Shown here: positions 49,588 to 60,481 of the stretch, piece by piece
Layout: every line of letters begins with the position of its first letter
How positions within the stretch are numbered: position 1 is the stretch's first letter
DNA from: a virus
Lineage: Duplodnaviria > Caudoviricetes
IMG/VR virus record: IMGVR_UViG_3300020047_005985
Span: 32,001-96,000 of that record
DNA: 64,000 nt
Direction: 5' to 3' (one strand)
Translations under genes and position numbers: made by a program
The notes under the pieces: model-generated
The model's database searches: none
The model's input: only the letters and a program-made list of their open reading frames with translations
What the model was told of the DNA's origin: nothing

Positions 49588-50105
49588 TGATAGCAACAAT
49601 CAACTCAGATTGTTCTATTCTAACATTACAGTCAGATGCTTTAATTGAAGCACCTGGAAAAACAATTACAGGTTTAACGTTGAAGAGTAGTACTAACTGC
49701 TCTTCAACAGAATCTGAACTAAATATAACTAGTTTAATCGGATCAATTACTAATGAACAAGTACTAATTTCAGCATCATTGTTTTATGATAACGAAACAA
49801 GTACTTCTTTTTGTGATGCTGTGTATCATTATACATTATCTGTAACTTATGATATAAGTGGAACGGAATATTTAATTGAAGATTCAGCTTGTTTGCTAAT
49901 TGGTTGTGATTTAAAATGTAAGGTGTTAGAATATTGGAACAATACAAAAGATAATAAAGCATGGTTTTTGTATTATGCTTTATTGCAAGGTAATGACTGT
50001 GATAGTTGTAATTGCACAGACATGTGTTTAATGTACACAGATTTAAAACTACTTATAAATGACAACAGTATCTCCAGTAACTCAGGAGGATGTGGATGCT
50101 CTTAA
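49587..50105 (+). CDS. Cys-rich structural protein
   Basis: C-terminal GCGCS, position in tail module. Confidence 0.65.
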   Translation: MIATINSDCSILTLQSDALIEAPGKTITGLTLKSSTNCSSTESELNITSLIGSITNEQVLISASLFYDNETSTSFCDAVYHYTLSVTYDISGTEYLIEDSACLLIGCDLKCKVLEYWNNTKDNKAWFLYYALLQGNDCDSCNCTDMCLMYTDLKLLINDNSISSNSGGCGCS

Positions 50106-50412
50106 ATGTCTATATTTTCAAAACACTAAAACATTAATTGAGATTGACTGGTATGGATTAGATTGTGATAGAAAAACAATAATTTCTAATTTAGAACTTA
50201 GTTATGCATATTTAAACATATTACAAAATTCATGTGAAGTGCCATATAAAATATTATGTGAAATAAAAGCTTTTGTAAAAAAACTTACGTCTGTTTGTAT
50301 TTTTACAAATACTAAGTGTAATCCTAAATACACAGTTACTCCGATAGAACCTATATTAACAGAAACTAGTCTTTCCATATTAACAGAAAACGATATTCCT
50401 ATATATGCCTAA
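50059..50412 (+). CDS. Cys-rich structural protein
   Basis: 117 aa, C-terminal ILTE repeats. Confidence 0.65.
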   Translation: MTTVSPVTQEDVDALKCLYFQNTKTLIEIDWYGLDCDRKTIISNLELSYAYLNILQNSCEVPYKILCEIKAFVKKLTSVCIFTNTKCNPKYTVTPIEPILTETSLSILTENDIPIYA

Positions 50413-50899
50413 AATTTCAACATTACCTGTTGCAACAACTATTTCAGACAGTGTTGTATTTCCAGGTGTTCAAAGTGGTGTTACAAAACAATTTTCCACA
50501 GATCTTATTTTAGACTCTGCTGAAGCAAGAACTGCAAATACCTTTGGTGAAGGTTTTCATCAACCTTCTACGTTTTATAACAATTTTACTCAACATCCTA
50601 CAACTCCATTGAAAGTATGGTTGACAGGATTTAACAACAAGGCTATTTATTTTAGAGGTCAGCTAGATTGTAGTTTGGTAACATTTACACCCAATTTATT
50701 TATTCAAGCTTTCAGGCTCCCAACTAATACACGACCTACTGTAATTTTACAATTTCCTGTAATTGGAAATTATGATGCAATAGGTATTTGCTCTGTCCAT
50801 CCAGACGGTTATGTTTATTTTAAAAACTTAACGGGTAATCTTTTAGATTCTGGTGTTATTGATTTAGCAAATGTTAGTTATTATATAGATCCTTTTTAA
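50405..50899 (+). CDS. short fibre-like protein
   Basis: N-terminal KIS.LP.AT......FP.VQ.G.TK and C-terminal F.LP...RP domain. Confidence 0.65.
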   Translation: MPKISTLPVATTISDSVVFPGVQSGVTKQFSTDLILDSAEARTANTFGEGFHQPSTFYNNFTQHPTTPLKVWLTGFNNKAIYFRGQLDCSLVTFTPNLFIQAFRLPTNTRPTVILQFPVIGNYDAIGICSVHPDGYVYFKNLTGNLLDSGVIDLANVSYYIDPF

Positions 50900-50921
50900 T
50901 ACTGCATAAAGTTCATAACTG

Positions 50922-50929
50922 TATCTTTG
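50922..50929 (+). promoter_or_regulatory. Bacteroidota-type -7 element TATCTTTG
   Basis: TAnnTTTG 18 nt before the phosphoesterase ATG. Confidence 0.55.
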
Positions 50930-50947
50930 TAGGAAAATAATTAAACA

Positions 50948-51841
50948 ATGAATCAAGAATTAATTTCCTACTTGCAGGAAAAGCAAGAAAAAGGTGGATG
51001 GTTAGATATTGCCAACATCTTCAAAGTAGAAGGAACTCCAAAGCAAAAATCTGATTATGTCAGAAGGTTATGGAAGAAAGTTCATAAATATCAAGGTTCT
51101 TCTGAACCTTTTAAATTAAATGTTCCTCTTAAGGAGTCGGACATTACAACACTTATTCGATTTGATAAACCAATATCATCAGATTCAAATTTTCAATATA
51201 ACGAAAATAACGTTTTATTTATTGGAGATATTCATCTTCCATTTGAAAAAGAAGGTTATTTGGAATTTTGTAAAAAGCAATATGATCGGTTTAACTGTAA
51301 TAAGGTAATTTTTGCAGGTGATCTTCTAGACTTCCATGCTCAAAGTTTTCATGATTCAGATGCTGATGGTTTATCAGCAATTGAAGAATTGAATTTAGCT
51401 ATTAAGAAATTACAGAAATGGTATTCTGTTTTTCCAGAAGCAACTATTCTTTTAGGTAATCATGATAGAATTGTAGCAAGAAAGCTATTTAAAGTTGGAC
51501 TATCACAAAGATGGATGAAACCTTTAGAAGAAGTTTTAGAGGTTCCAAACTGGAGATTTGTTGAAGAGTTAATACATAATGATATTCTTTATGTACACGG
51601 AGAAGGTGGTACAGCTAGAACTAAAGCTAAACAAGAAATGGTATCGGTTTGTCAAGGACATTTACATTCTGAAGGATATATTGAGTTTATGAATGGAGGT
51701 AAAAACTTTGCACTTCAGGTTGGTTGTGGAATAGATTTTAGTTCTTATGCTTTTGCTTATGCTAAAAGAGATAAAAAACCAATTTTATCCTGTGCTGTTA
51801 TTTTAGATAAATCACCAATTTTAATTCCATTTCATGATTGA
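50948..51841 (+). CDS. calcineurin-like metallophosphoesterase
   Basis: GDIH, GDLLD, GNHD, HG, GHLH. Confidence 0.92.
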   Translation: MNQELISYLQEKQEKGGWLDIANIFKVEGTPKQKSDYVRRLWKKVHKYQGSSEPFKLNVPLKESDITTLIRFDKPISSDSNFQYNENNVLFIGDIHLPFEKEGYLEFCKKQYDRFNCNKVIFAGDLLDFHAQSFHDSDADGLSAIEELNLAIKKLQKWYSVFPEATILLGNHDRIVARKLFKVGLSQRWMKPLEEVLEVPNWRFVEELIHNDILYVHGEGGTARTKAKQEMVSVCQGHLHSEGYIEFMNGGKNFALQVGCGIDFSSYAFAYAKRDKKPILSCAVILDKSPILIPFHD

Positions 51842-52700
51842 GCTTCTACAAGAAAGATTTAAAGATATAACTTATAAAGATCAACATCACCAATACTTTT
51901 ATGGTGAACAAGAACTTCAATCAATAACTAAATGGTTATCTAGTCTTAAGCCAGAGTTTAATAGTCATTTTTGGTCAATACTAAAAGCCTATACATATTC
52001 TGGATATGAAACTAAATTTATATGGAATAACTTTTCACAGTTTAAAATTATAGATCCTACGCTAGAATCGGGTTATACAACAGTATCTATTTATGATAAT
52101 CACGATCATTTGAAAGTTACACCAGAAGATGTATTAGATCAGTGGAAAATAGAAAATTCTATTGGAACTACTAGAGGTAGTTTTATTCATAATTACTTAG
52201 AGAATTTAGAAAATAGAATCTTAGATCAACCTAAGATAGAACTACCAAATAGTTTAAGTACTGCTCAAACCATAAACTATATTAACAGTTTAAATGTTGC
52301 TAAACAATTATGTTTAGATTTTGTAAAATACGCAAAAGAAAATCTAATTTTAGTTGCAGCAGAATATGCAGTAGGTGACCCTAAGCTAGGGAAAGCTGGA
52401 AGATTTGATAGATTGTACTTTAATAAGTTAACTCAAAAGTATGAGATCTGGGATTTTAAAACAGATAAGAAATTAAGATATAAATCTTCTTTTGGTAAAA
52501 TTAAAGAATTTGATTTACCTGATTGTGAATTTGAAAAATATTCTTTACAAACTTCTTTCTATCGAAAAGTAATTCAAGATGTAATTCCTGAATATCAATT
52601 AGGAGAAAGTAAGATTGTATGGTTTGATCTAAAAGAAAATAAATACGAAATAATTGAGTGTAAAGATTATACTCAATTAATAACTACAACATTACTATGA
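51834..52700 (+). CDS. PD-(D/E)XK nuclease
   Basis: H.Y...SIT, G..IH, E......AGRFD, DFKT, Y.LQ..Y. Confidence 0.88.
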   Translation: MIELLQERFKDITYKDQHHQYFYGEQELQSITKWLSSLKPEFNSHFWSILKAYTYSGYETKFIWNNFSQFKIIDPTLESGYTTVSIYDNHDHLKVTPEDVLDQWKIENSIGTTRGSFIHNYLENLENRILDQPKIELPNSLSTAQTINYINSLNVAKQLCLDFVKYAKENLILVAAEYAVGDPKLGKAGRFDRLYFNKLTQKYEIWDFKTDKKLRYKSSFGKIKEFDLPDCEFEKYSLQTSFYRKVIQDVIPEYQLGESKIVWFDLKENKYEIIECKDYTQLITTTLL

Positions 52701-53377
52701 AAACCATAGGACAACATATATCAGCTATACGAGGATTAATTAAATCTTATGGTAGAAACCCAGAAGGTTATACGGACGAAGGTCTGTATAACCTTTTTTC
52801 TGTTTCTAGAGCTGACATTTTAAAACAACAATTTGAAAAATTATCATTTTTATCAGAAGACAATTGGTTCCAATTTTGCATGTCGTTGGAAATAAGTAAA
52901 TCACATAATTGCGATTGTGTTCCCGACCATTTAGAATGTAAAATATTAAAATCTAAATATAAAATTCCTTCTGTTATTGCTGGAATGAATAAATCTAAAA
53001 TTAATATTGCTACTATTGCAGGTAAGCAAATTAATATTATTACTGAAGCTGAGTGGAGAAGAAAGAAAGATAAAGAGCCTACAGAATATTATGGCAGTCT
53101 TATTAATTCTTATTTAATTATATGGAATGCACCTTTAACATTAAAGGTTGTTTCTGTATCAGGAGTATGGTCAGATCCATTAAGTTTACAAACAATCCCT
53201 AACTGTGATCCTGATGGAAATTCTACAAATTTATGCTATGATCCTCTTATAACATTATATCCTTTGCAAGAAGAGTATGCTCATAGAACTTATAAAAGAA
53301 CACTGGAACTTTTAAATGTTCCAATGCAACTTCCTCAAGATCAAACCAACGACAGTAATGAATTTGTTAAGGTCTAA
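52697..53377 (+). CDS. tail ring protein (crAss-like)
   Basis: Position; C-terminal P.D..ND motif. Confidence 0.65.
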   Translation: MKTIGQHISAIRGLIKSYGRNPEGYTDEGLYNLFSVSRADILKQQFEKLSFLSEDNWFQFCMSLEISKSHNCDCVPDHLECKILKSKYKIPSVIAGMNKSKINIATIAGKQINIITEAEWRRKKDKEPTEYYGSLINSYLIIWNAPLTLKVVSVSGVWSDPLSLQTIPNCDPDGNSTNLCYDPLITLYPLQEEYAHRTYKRTLELLNVPMQLPQDQTNDSNEFVKV

Positions 53378-53858
53378 GCGTAAAACACTTGTTCATATTT
53401 ACTTAACATATAAATACAAAAAGAACATTCCTCATAAACTAGGAACTGTTCCTATGCCATTTATAAAGCATTCAGAGTGTACAGACCATAAATTATCTGC
53501 TGATTGGAACGAATGGAATACTGTAGTTACAGCATATATTGAAAAATTAAAGCTTTATTTAGAAGATGGTAATTCAATAATGTTGGAATCAGGATTAGGT
53601 GAATTTCATTTAGCTAAAGCAAAAGCTAAGAAATTTTTAGATTTTAAAAAATCTAAAGAAAATAAAAAGCAGATTTACTTTGCCAAAAACAATGTTGATA
53701 ATTATTTTATTACTTATTCTTGGGTTAGATGTAAATCTAATAAAAAGTTTAAATGGTATTGGGCCATAAAACTTAATAGATTCTGGATAAGAGACATATA
53801 TGCTGAATGTGAAAAAGACTTTACAAAAATTTACAAATTAAAAGATTCTCGTTTATGA
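53358..53858 (+). CDS. IHF/HU-like crAss protein
   Basis: L.DG....L..GLG.F.L.K; ATG at 53358 preferred. Confidence 0.6.
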   Translation: MNLLRSKRKTLVHIYLTYKYKKNIPHKLGTVPMPFIKHSECTDHKLSADWNEWNTVVTAYIEKLKLYLEDGNSIMLESGLGEFHLAKAKAKKFLDFKKSKENKKQIYFAKNNVDNYFITYSWVRCKSNKKFKWYWAIKLNRFWIRDIYAECEKDFTKIYKLKDSRL

Positions 53859-54646
53859 AAAACTATATAAAATTACGAACAGTATTGGATAATATTCCTG
53901 CTTCTTTATTTGAAGAGGATACAGAAGCTTCTTTCTTGGATCGCTTTATGGATGGATTAAAATTACTTCCAAACACTATTCAATACGAACCTAGAATAGA
54001 ACTATTTGAAATTATTGATGGTAAAGTACAATTACCAAAATATGTTAAAAGTATAAATGCTATACATTGGCAAGCAACTAATCCTACTTCTTCTATGATT
54101 GAAGAATTAACTTGTGAAGCTGAACCTGCTGATATAAACCCTGCTGTATGTAAACCTTTATTAACATATCAAATGTGGTTAGATTCAGCTTTCTTTAAAG
54201 AAACATTTAAAGTTTTAAAGTATGTAGGAACAGACAAAAGTTTAATTAATAACGGCTGTGAATGTCTTTACGCAAATTGTAGTGAAACTTTTGTTATCAC
54301 TCCTCAGAAAACAATGTACTTAAGTATTGATTCTGGTTGGATATGTGTAAACTATGATTCTCCTGTTTGTGATGAAAATCAAGATATTTTGATTCCTGAT
54401 AATCAATTGGTGATTGAATTTTTAGTTGCTTATGCAATAAGTAAACATTGGGAAAATAGGCAATTTACTAAAGAAAGTAATGCTTATAATTTTTACAATA
54501 CATATAATCAAAAGCAAGCTTTGCTTTTGAGACAAGCTAGAGGATCTGTAATGTTAGCTCAAACTGATTTTGCAGACATTGCGAATTTAAATGCGCAATA
54601 TACTAAACTTATGAAATTACCTGAAATTTTGTTCTATGCTAGATAA
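53855..54646 (+). CDS. tail tubular/ring protein
   Basis: I.DGK..LP, G.I...Y....DE....LIPD motifs; position. Confidence 0.7.
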   Translation: MKNYIKLRTVLDNIPASLFEEDTEASFLDRFMDGLKLLPNTIQYEPRIELFEIIDGKVQLPKYVKSINAIHWQATNPTSSMIEELTCEAEPADINPAVCKPLLTYQMWLDSAFFKETFKVLKYVGTDKSLINNGCECLYANCSETFVITPQKTMYLSIDSGWICVNYDSPVCDENQDILIPDNQLVIEFLVAYAISKHWENRQFTKESNAYNFYNTYNQKQALLLRQARGSVMLAQTDFADIANLNAQYTKLMKLPEILFYAR

Positions 54647-57600
54647 ACAATTTCCCGTAGTTCATTCTAATGGAATTAATAAGGATAGATCATTTCAAGA
54701 TAGTAATGATGTTACTTTTGCCTTGAATGCTATTAGAGATAATCATGAAGGTGGAAGACAAGAATATCAGTCGGAACCAGGAAATGAATTATCTGCTAGT
54801 TTACCAACAGGGTATATTTTACTAGGTTCTATATATGGGCAAGATGAAGAAATTTATTTATTATCTACAAATAATGCTTCTTCTGAAATAGGATTATTCA
54901 AACAAGGTAGGTACCAAACTTTAGCTAATTTAAATTTAGGTTTTTCTACTGAACATCCACCAACAGGAGAATATAGAGTTAGAAATGGATGTGAAAGAAT
55001 AATTTATTGGGGTGATAAACATAATCCAGATTATTGGTTTAATGTTGATAAACCAAATGATTTTAAAACATCTGGAGTATTTGATGCAAATAAATTTAAG
55101 TTTGTTCCTAATATTCAATGTCCTAAAATAGATTTAATTCAAGTTAATTCTTCTGGTGGAAATCTTTCATTAGGCTCTTATTATTTTCAATTAGAAGTTG
55201 TTGATGTTGATGGCAATTCTATTTATAAAACAGACATTAGCCCTCAAACAATAATTTATGATGATGACCAAACTGATGCTTATAATAATATTGATGGAGG
55301 TTTAAATGCTCCTCAATATGATTCTGGTATTGGTGGTGTACCAATTACTAATAAATCTATTACTTTAAGATTTTATAATCTAGATACTAGTTTTGATTAC
55401 TTAAAGGTTAATGTTGTTAAGCAAATAGTTGGTACACAAGTTATAGAAGCTCATTCTGTAGGTCAATTAGTTCCTATTACAGGAACTGAATTTCAATGGA
55501 CTTATACAGGTTATAATCCAAGTGGGGGAGATATTCCATTAGATTACTCTAGTCTTGTTATTCCTGATGTTAAATATAAAAAATCTTATGTTCAGGAACA
55601 AGTGCAAGGTAGATTAGTTAGAGCTAATGTAGAACAAGATAGAGTTGATTATTCTACTTATCAACGCTTCGCTAGTTTAATAACAGCTAAATGGGTAGCT
55701 AAGGAAGTAAAAACAGACGATCAGTTTGATTTAGGTAATCCTAAAAATCCTAATACTTATTGGGATTGTACTAGTTTTCAAGGAGATGAAGTTTATGCTT
55801 TTACTATTCAGTATCTTCTAAAAAACGGAGATTGGACTCCATGTTTCCAATTAATAGGAAGACCTTCTGTTCCATCTGATTTAACTGTTTTAACAGTGGT
55901 TTCTAATGCTTCTGTTCTTGGTACTAATGATGTATGGGAATCTGACGTAGAGCATCTTGGATTAACTATTGGTCAAACTGTTCCTAAATGGAAGGTGTTT
56001 AACACTGCTAGTATTACTACATCTAATACTGTTGCTCACCCATATACATATGAAGGAGAATTTGGTTTTTATCAATCTGATAATACAACTTATCCTGACT
56101 TGTCTAATTGTGATGGCGATAATATCTTTGGAGAAGATTCTAATGGAACTCCTATTACAACTATTACGAAACTACGATTCTTTAGATTTCCAGACAGAAG
56201 GTTAATACCTCACGTAACTGGAACTAATGGAGAATACATTCAACCGTTAGGTGTTAAATTTGATAATATAACTTATCCATCTACTGATGTAGTAGGTCAT
56301 AGGTTTTGCCATGCTGTAAGAGATGCTGCAAATAAAACTGTAGTTGATTCTGGATGGGCATGCCAACCATCAATAATTGTAACAGGTGTTGGTAACAGAT
56401 TATACTTGGACGCGAACTTCACAGATTTTGATTTAGTATCTACAAATGGGTATGTGAGATATAATTCGGCAAACATATTATATAATCAGAAATTATTTAA
56501 TCCTGATTATATTAAGCTGAATCAAGCTTACCATATAGAATCTTCTCCGGATTCGGAAGAAACAATAGTTACTAAAACTGGAGGAACAGATACTATTACA
56601 GCTTATTCTTACATTTTTAATATAACGGATATTGCTTTACCTACCAGATCAAATTATTTAGTATCAAATCAAATTTATGTTCCCGCAAATTCTTATACTC
56701 CAGCGTCACTATTTGACATGCCAATTCAATCAGCAGATGATTCTGTTGATGACAGTATAATTAAGATTGGATCTTATCCTTTAGAAGATGCTAGCACATT
56801 ATTAGCAGGGAATGTTCTTGGTGGTGCTAATGTTACTGATCCTGTAACTGGAACACTAGAGTATAATTCGTTTTATGTTTACAAAAAAGTCAATATTCAG
56901 CCATACGAAAATATTTTAAATTTAAATTATAATTACATCCATTTTAATCATGCTGTAATAGCAGACGATAATGAATTTTATGGAGGCGATACAATAATTA
57001 GTTTAAATACACAAACTCGTACATTTTGGCCGTTGTTTACTCCGGATAATATTTTACAAGGATTATGTTATACAACATTTTATGAAGAGCACGATATAAA
57101 TACTTCTTTGAGACATGGGGGTACAGGTGAGGCAACAAAATATTACGGCCCTGGTTCTGATATTGCAGTCTTGTTGGAAAAGTTTGCGGAATTGGAATCT
57201 GATGGAAAATATACCATCAGACCCACGAACGAAATAATTAAAGATTATTTTGCAATAAATAAAGACTATGATGTTCAATCTACTGAAGTAGGTAAAGTAA
57301 GTTTACCACTTAACTATGATTACTGTACAGACTGTTTAGCAGAATATCCAAATAGAATTATATTTAGCCCTCAATCATTTGAAGAAGAATCGTTTGATCT
57401 ATATCGAATTAATAAGATAAATGATTATATAGATCTTCCTGCACATAGAGGAGCTATCACTGGTTTAAAATATCAGAACAATCAACTTCTGGTTCATACC
57501 GAAGATACTACATTTATTTTACAACCTAATCCTCAACAGATTGCAACAGATCAAAATACTGCTTATTTAACTACTGGAGATTTCTTAAGTATTCCTCCTC

Positions 57601-58757
57601 AAGAATTAATGCAGACAGACGTTGGTATGGGTGGTTTGCAAAATAAACAAAGTCAATGTGATACTCCATTTGGTCATTTTTGGGCAGATCAGAAAAGAGG
57701 TGAGATATTTGGTTTTGATAATAAATTAGAAGTACTATCTAATAAAGGATTAAATCAATGGTTTAAAGAATATCTTCCTTCTGAAGCTACCTCTAATTTC
57801 TTTGCTGTTACAAATGAAAAATTCCCTATAAATTCTACTTTAGATAGAAAAGGAGTAGGTATTATTTTATATTATGATCCTAGATTTAAACGTCTTATGA
57901 TTACTAAAAAAGACTACTTACCTTTAGATCATAAAGAAGAATCAATTGATCTTGGGCCAATTAGTACATTTTGGTCAGATCTTAATAATAGATGGGAAAA
58001 ATTAAATGGAGCAAGTCTAGTAGAAGTTTATCCAGATGATTCTACATATTTTGAAAAGAAAAGTTGGACGCTAAGTTATTCTTTTAAAGATCAAAGTTTT
58101 ACATCTTGGCATTCTTATATTCCAAGAATAGCATTTAATGACAGTAATAATTTTTATACTTGTGGATTTAATTCTAGTTCTAATGGAATTTTTAAACATT
58201 TAGATAAAACAAAATATCAAAATTATTTTGGATCTAAGTATGATTTTATAATTGAATGGTCTAATTTTGATCCTGTTTCTTCTAATGTAAGTAATCTATA
58301 CTATGTGGGTTATACACACGTTTGGGATAGTTTATCTAAACAGTTTAAAACCGTAGATGCTACGTTTGATAAATGTTTAGTTTATAATTTTGAGCAATCT
58401 ACAGGATTACAAACATTAGTTTTACAAGATCAACATATAAGTCCTTATCTAAATAATAAAATTCCAAAGGTATCTAAGTATGTTGTAAGAACAGATCAAA
58501 ATTATAAGATTGCAGGATTATCTGACTTAGCTATTAATCAACCAGTAGTAACTAAAGATTGGAGTTCAGTAAAACTATATAATGGTTATATAGATCAGGT
58601 TTCTAATGCTGCTAGTATAAATAGTAATAAATCTGTTTATGATTGGGGTAATATTTGGGATAAATTTGTGTTTGTAAGATTGTTTTTTAATCCTTTGTTA
58701 GATTATAGAAAAACAGTAATACTTCAAGTATTAAATAACCAACAATCTATCCGATGA
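54636..58757 (+). CDS. tail muzzle (stabilisation) protein
   Basis: 1373 aa; G.N.D, ALN, LGF....P, IYW.D..NP, WTLSY......W.S.HSY motifs. Confidence 0.8.
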   Translation: MLDKQFPVVHSNGINKDRSFQDSNDVTFALNAIRDNHEGGRQEYQSEPGNELSASLPTGYILLGSIYGQDEEIYLLSTNNASSEIGLFKQGRYQTLANLNLGFSTEHPPTGEYRVRNGCERIIYWGDKHNPDYWFNVDKPNDFKTSGVFDANKFKFVPNIQCPKIDLIQVNSSGGNLSLGSYYFQLEVVDVDGNSIYKTDISPQTIIYDDDQTDAYNNIDGGLNAPQYDSGIGGVPITNKSITLRFYNLDTSFDYLKVNVVKQIVGTQVIEAHSVGQLVPITGTEFQWTYTGYNPSGGDIPLDYSSLVIPDVKYKKSYVQEQVQGRLVRANVEQDRVDYSTYQRFASLITAKWVAKEVKTDDQFDLGNPKNPNTYWDCTSFQGDEVYAFTIQYLLKNGDWTPCFQLIGRPSVPSDLTVLTVVSNASVLGTNDVWESDVEHLGLTIGQTVPKWKVFNTASITTSNTVAHPYTYEGEFGFYQSDNTTYPDLSNCDGDNIFGEDSNGTPITTITKLRFFRFPDRRLIPHVTGTNGEYIQPLGVKFDNITYPSTDVVGHRFCHAVRDAANKTVVDSGWACQPSIIVTGVGNRLYLDANFTDFDLVSTNGYVRYNSANILYNQKLFNPDYIKLNQAYHIESSPDSEETIVTKTGGTDTITAYSYIFNITDIALPTRSNYLVSNQIYVPANSYTPASLFDMPIQSADDSVDDSIIKIGSYPLEDASTLLAGNVLGGANVTDPVTGTLEYNSFYVYKKVNIQPYENILNLNYNYIHFNHAVIADDNEFYGGDTIISLNTQTRTFWPLFTPDNILQGLCYTTFYEEHDINTSLRHGGTGEATKYYGPGSDIAVLLEKFAELESDGKYTIRPTNEIIKDYFAINKDYDVQSTEVGKVSLPLNYDYCTDCLAEYPNRIIFSPQSFEEESFDLYRINKINDYIDLPAHRGAITGLKYQNNQLLVHTEDTTFILQPNPQQIATDQNTAYLTTGDFLSIPPQELMQTDVGMGGLQNKQSQCDTPFGHFWADQKRGEIFGFDNKLEVLSNKGLNQWFKEYLPSEATSNFFAVTNEKFPINSTLDRKGVGIILYYDPRFKRLMITKKDYLPLDHKEESIDLGPISTFWSDLNNRWEKLNGASLVEVYPDDSTYFEKKSWTLSYSFKDQSFTSWHSYIPRIAFNDSNNFYTCGFNSSSNGIFKHLDKTKYQNYFGSKYDFIIEWSNFDPVSSNVSNLYYVGYTHVWDSLSKQFKTVDATFDKCLVYNFEQSTGLQTLVLQDQHISPYLNNKIPKVSKYVVRTDQNYKIAGLSDLAINQPVVTKDWSSVKLYNGYIDQVSNAASINSNKSVYDWGNIWDKFVFVRLFFNPLLDYRKTVILQVLNNQQSIR

Positions 58758-60481
58758 AAAAGAAATGTAATAATGGTGGGCCAATAGAGTCCACCAAAGT
58801 TTTTATAAAAACACAACCTTATGATAGTAGCTTTAATAAGCTACCAAGTTTTAATCCTTTTACAGATATAGATTTGGCTAATGAAGCTCAAACTAAATTT
58901 GATATTTTAAATGCAACTTTAATGATGAAGACATCAAATAGTAATAAAGCTAAATCTAATACAAAAAGGTTTAGAGAAAAAAGTTTAGGTGGAGATATTA
59001 TTCAAACGGGTTTATCTTTTATACCAGGAGTAGGACAAATTTTAGCTCCTTTGGCTGGTATGATAGATCAAAAATTATCTGCTGAAGAAATAGAAGCTTT
59101 AAAGCCACCTGAAAAAATGAATATGAATTTAAATCCATTTGGTAAATTAGCAAATGGTGGATTTATTAATGATGGTTTTACTCAGTATAATACTGGTTCA
59201 CACAAGTCAGGAAAAGATTTAGTTGTGGGTCAAGATGGATTACCTGATCCTAATGGTGAAAGTTCTGTTCAAAATAAAGAAAATTCTTATAAGATTGGAA
59301 ACAGACATTATGTTATGTCTGACGTTTTAAAGAATCCTAAAACAGGTAACACCTTTAATATTGATGCAGCAAGTGTAAATAAAAAGTATCCTGATGCCAG
59401 ATTACAACCAGATCAAAGAGCAGCTTTGGATTTTGAAATGAAAGAATTAGCTGCTTTAAATGATTCTGAAAGACTTAAAGTAGATATGAAAAATAAAAAA
59501 CAAAAAGCATATGGAGGTTATACAGATAACGGCGACCCTGTTATACCACCAAGTGAAAATATAATGTGGCCAGCTCAATCTGTATTTCCCACAACTCTTC
59601 CTACATTTGAACCCGTTCAATCTTTAGGTACTACTCCAATTCCACAAGAAACTGGTTTACCTATAAACACAACTTCTTTTGGTAATACGTTAAATGTGGG
59701 TCAGAATATAACTACTGATTATGTTCCTGATAGAGGTGAGTTAGATATTTTAAATCCTAAAAAGAAAAAAGCATCTAATATTCTAGGGCCAAATACTGCA
59801 AACGCAATAGGTTTAGGATTAAAAGGAGCTGCTTTAATTGGATCTATTTCAGATGCTTTAAGAAGTCCTGAAAAGGAAGAACTTATTAAACCTGATTATA
59901 GCAAATCTGACAATTATTTACAAGCTGCAAATATTGATTATACACAAGCTAGACAAGATGCTCAAGGAGTTTCCAACATAGCTGCTGGTACTAACAGAAG
60001 TTTAAGTTCTAATGTAGCTTCATTTCAAGGTAGAGAACAGGCAAGATTAGCTGGTCTATCTGACCAATTGGGAAGAATAGCTGAACAACAAAATCTAGCT
60101 CAATCTAATTTGAATTTAACTAAAGGACAAATAGAAAACTCAAGAGCTGTAGATTTAACAAATAGAAAATATCAAAATCAACAAGGTAATATGCAGAATC
60201 AAGCTAATGCTAGATATGCAGATAGAGTATTAAGTTCAGATTTAGCAAGTATAGGTAGTTCTTTTAATTCTTATGCCGAATCACAAAAAATGATTAAAAA
60301 TCAAAAAGAACTTAATCAATTTAAAACAAGTCAGACATTAGCAATACTGGGAAATAAGTATCCTAATTTTAAATTAGATCCTCAAATTGTAGATAAATTT
60401 AAAAATGGAGAAATTGATTTAGATCAGTTCTTACAATATGTTCCATCAGAAATTCAATCAGATATTAAAGCTAATATATAA
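58754..60481 (+). CDS. internal virion/cargo protein
   Basis: ANGG / AYGG repeats, G.H..G motif, Q/N-rich C-terminus. Confidence 0.7.
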   Translation: MKKKCNNGGPIESTKVFIKTQPYDSSFNKLPSFNPFTDIDLANEAQTKFDILNATLMMKTSNSNKAKSNTKRFREKSLGGDIIQTGLSFIPGVGQILAPLAGMIDQKLSAEEIEALKPPEKMNMNLNPFGKLANGGFINDGFTQYNTGSHKSGKDLVVGQDGLPDPNGESSVQNKENSYKIGNRHYVMSDVLKNPKTGNTFNIDAASVNKKYPDARLQPDQRAALDFEMKELAALNDSERLKVDMKNKKQKAYGGYTDNGDPVIPPSENIMWPAQSVFPTTLPTFEPVQSLGTTPIPQETGLPINTTSFGNTLNVGQNITTDYVPDRGELDILNPKKKKASNILGPNTANAIGLGLKGAALIGSISDALRSPEKEELIKPDYSKSDNYLQAANIDYTQARQDAQGVSNIAAGTNRSLSSNVASFQGREQARLAGLSDQLGRIAEQQNLAQSNLNLTKGQIENSRAVDLTNRKYQNQQGNMQNQANARYADRVLSSDLASIGSSFNSYAESQKMIKNQKELNQFKTSQTLAILGNKYPNFKLDPQIVDKFKNGEIDLDQFLQYVPSEIQSDIKANI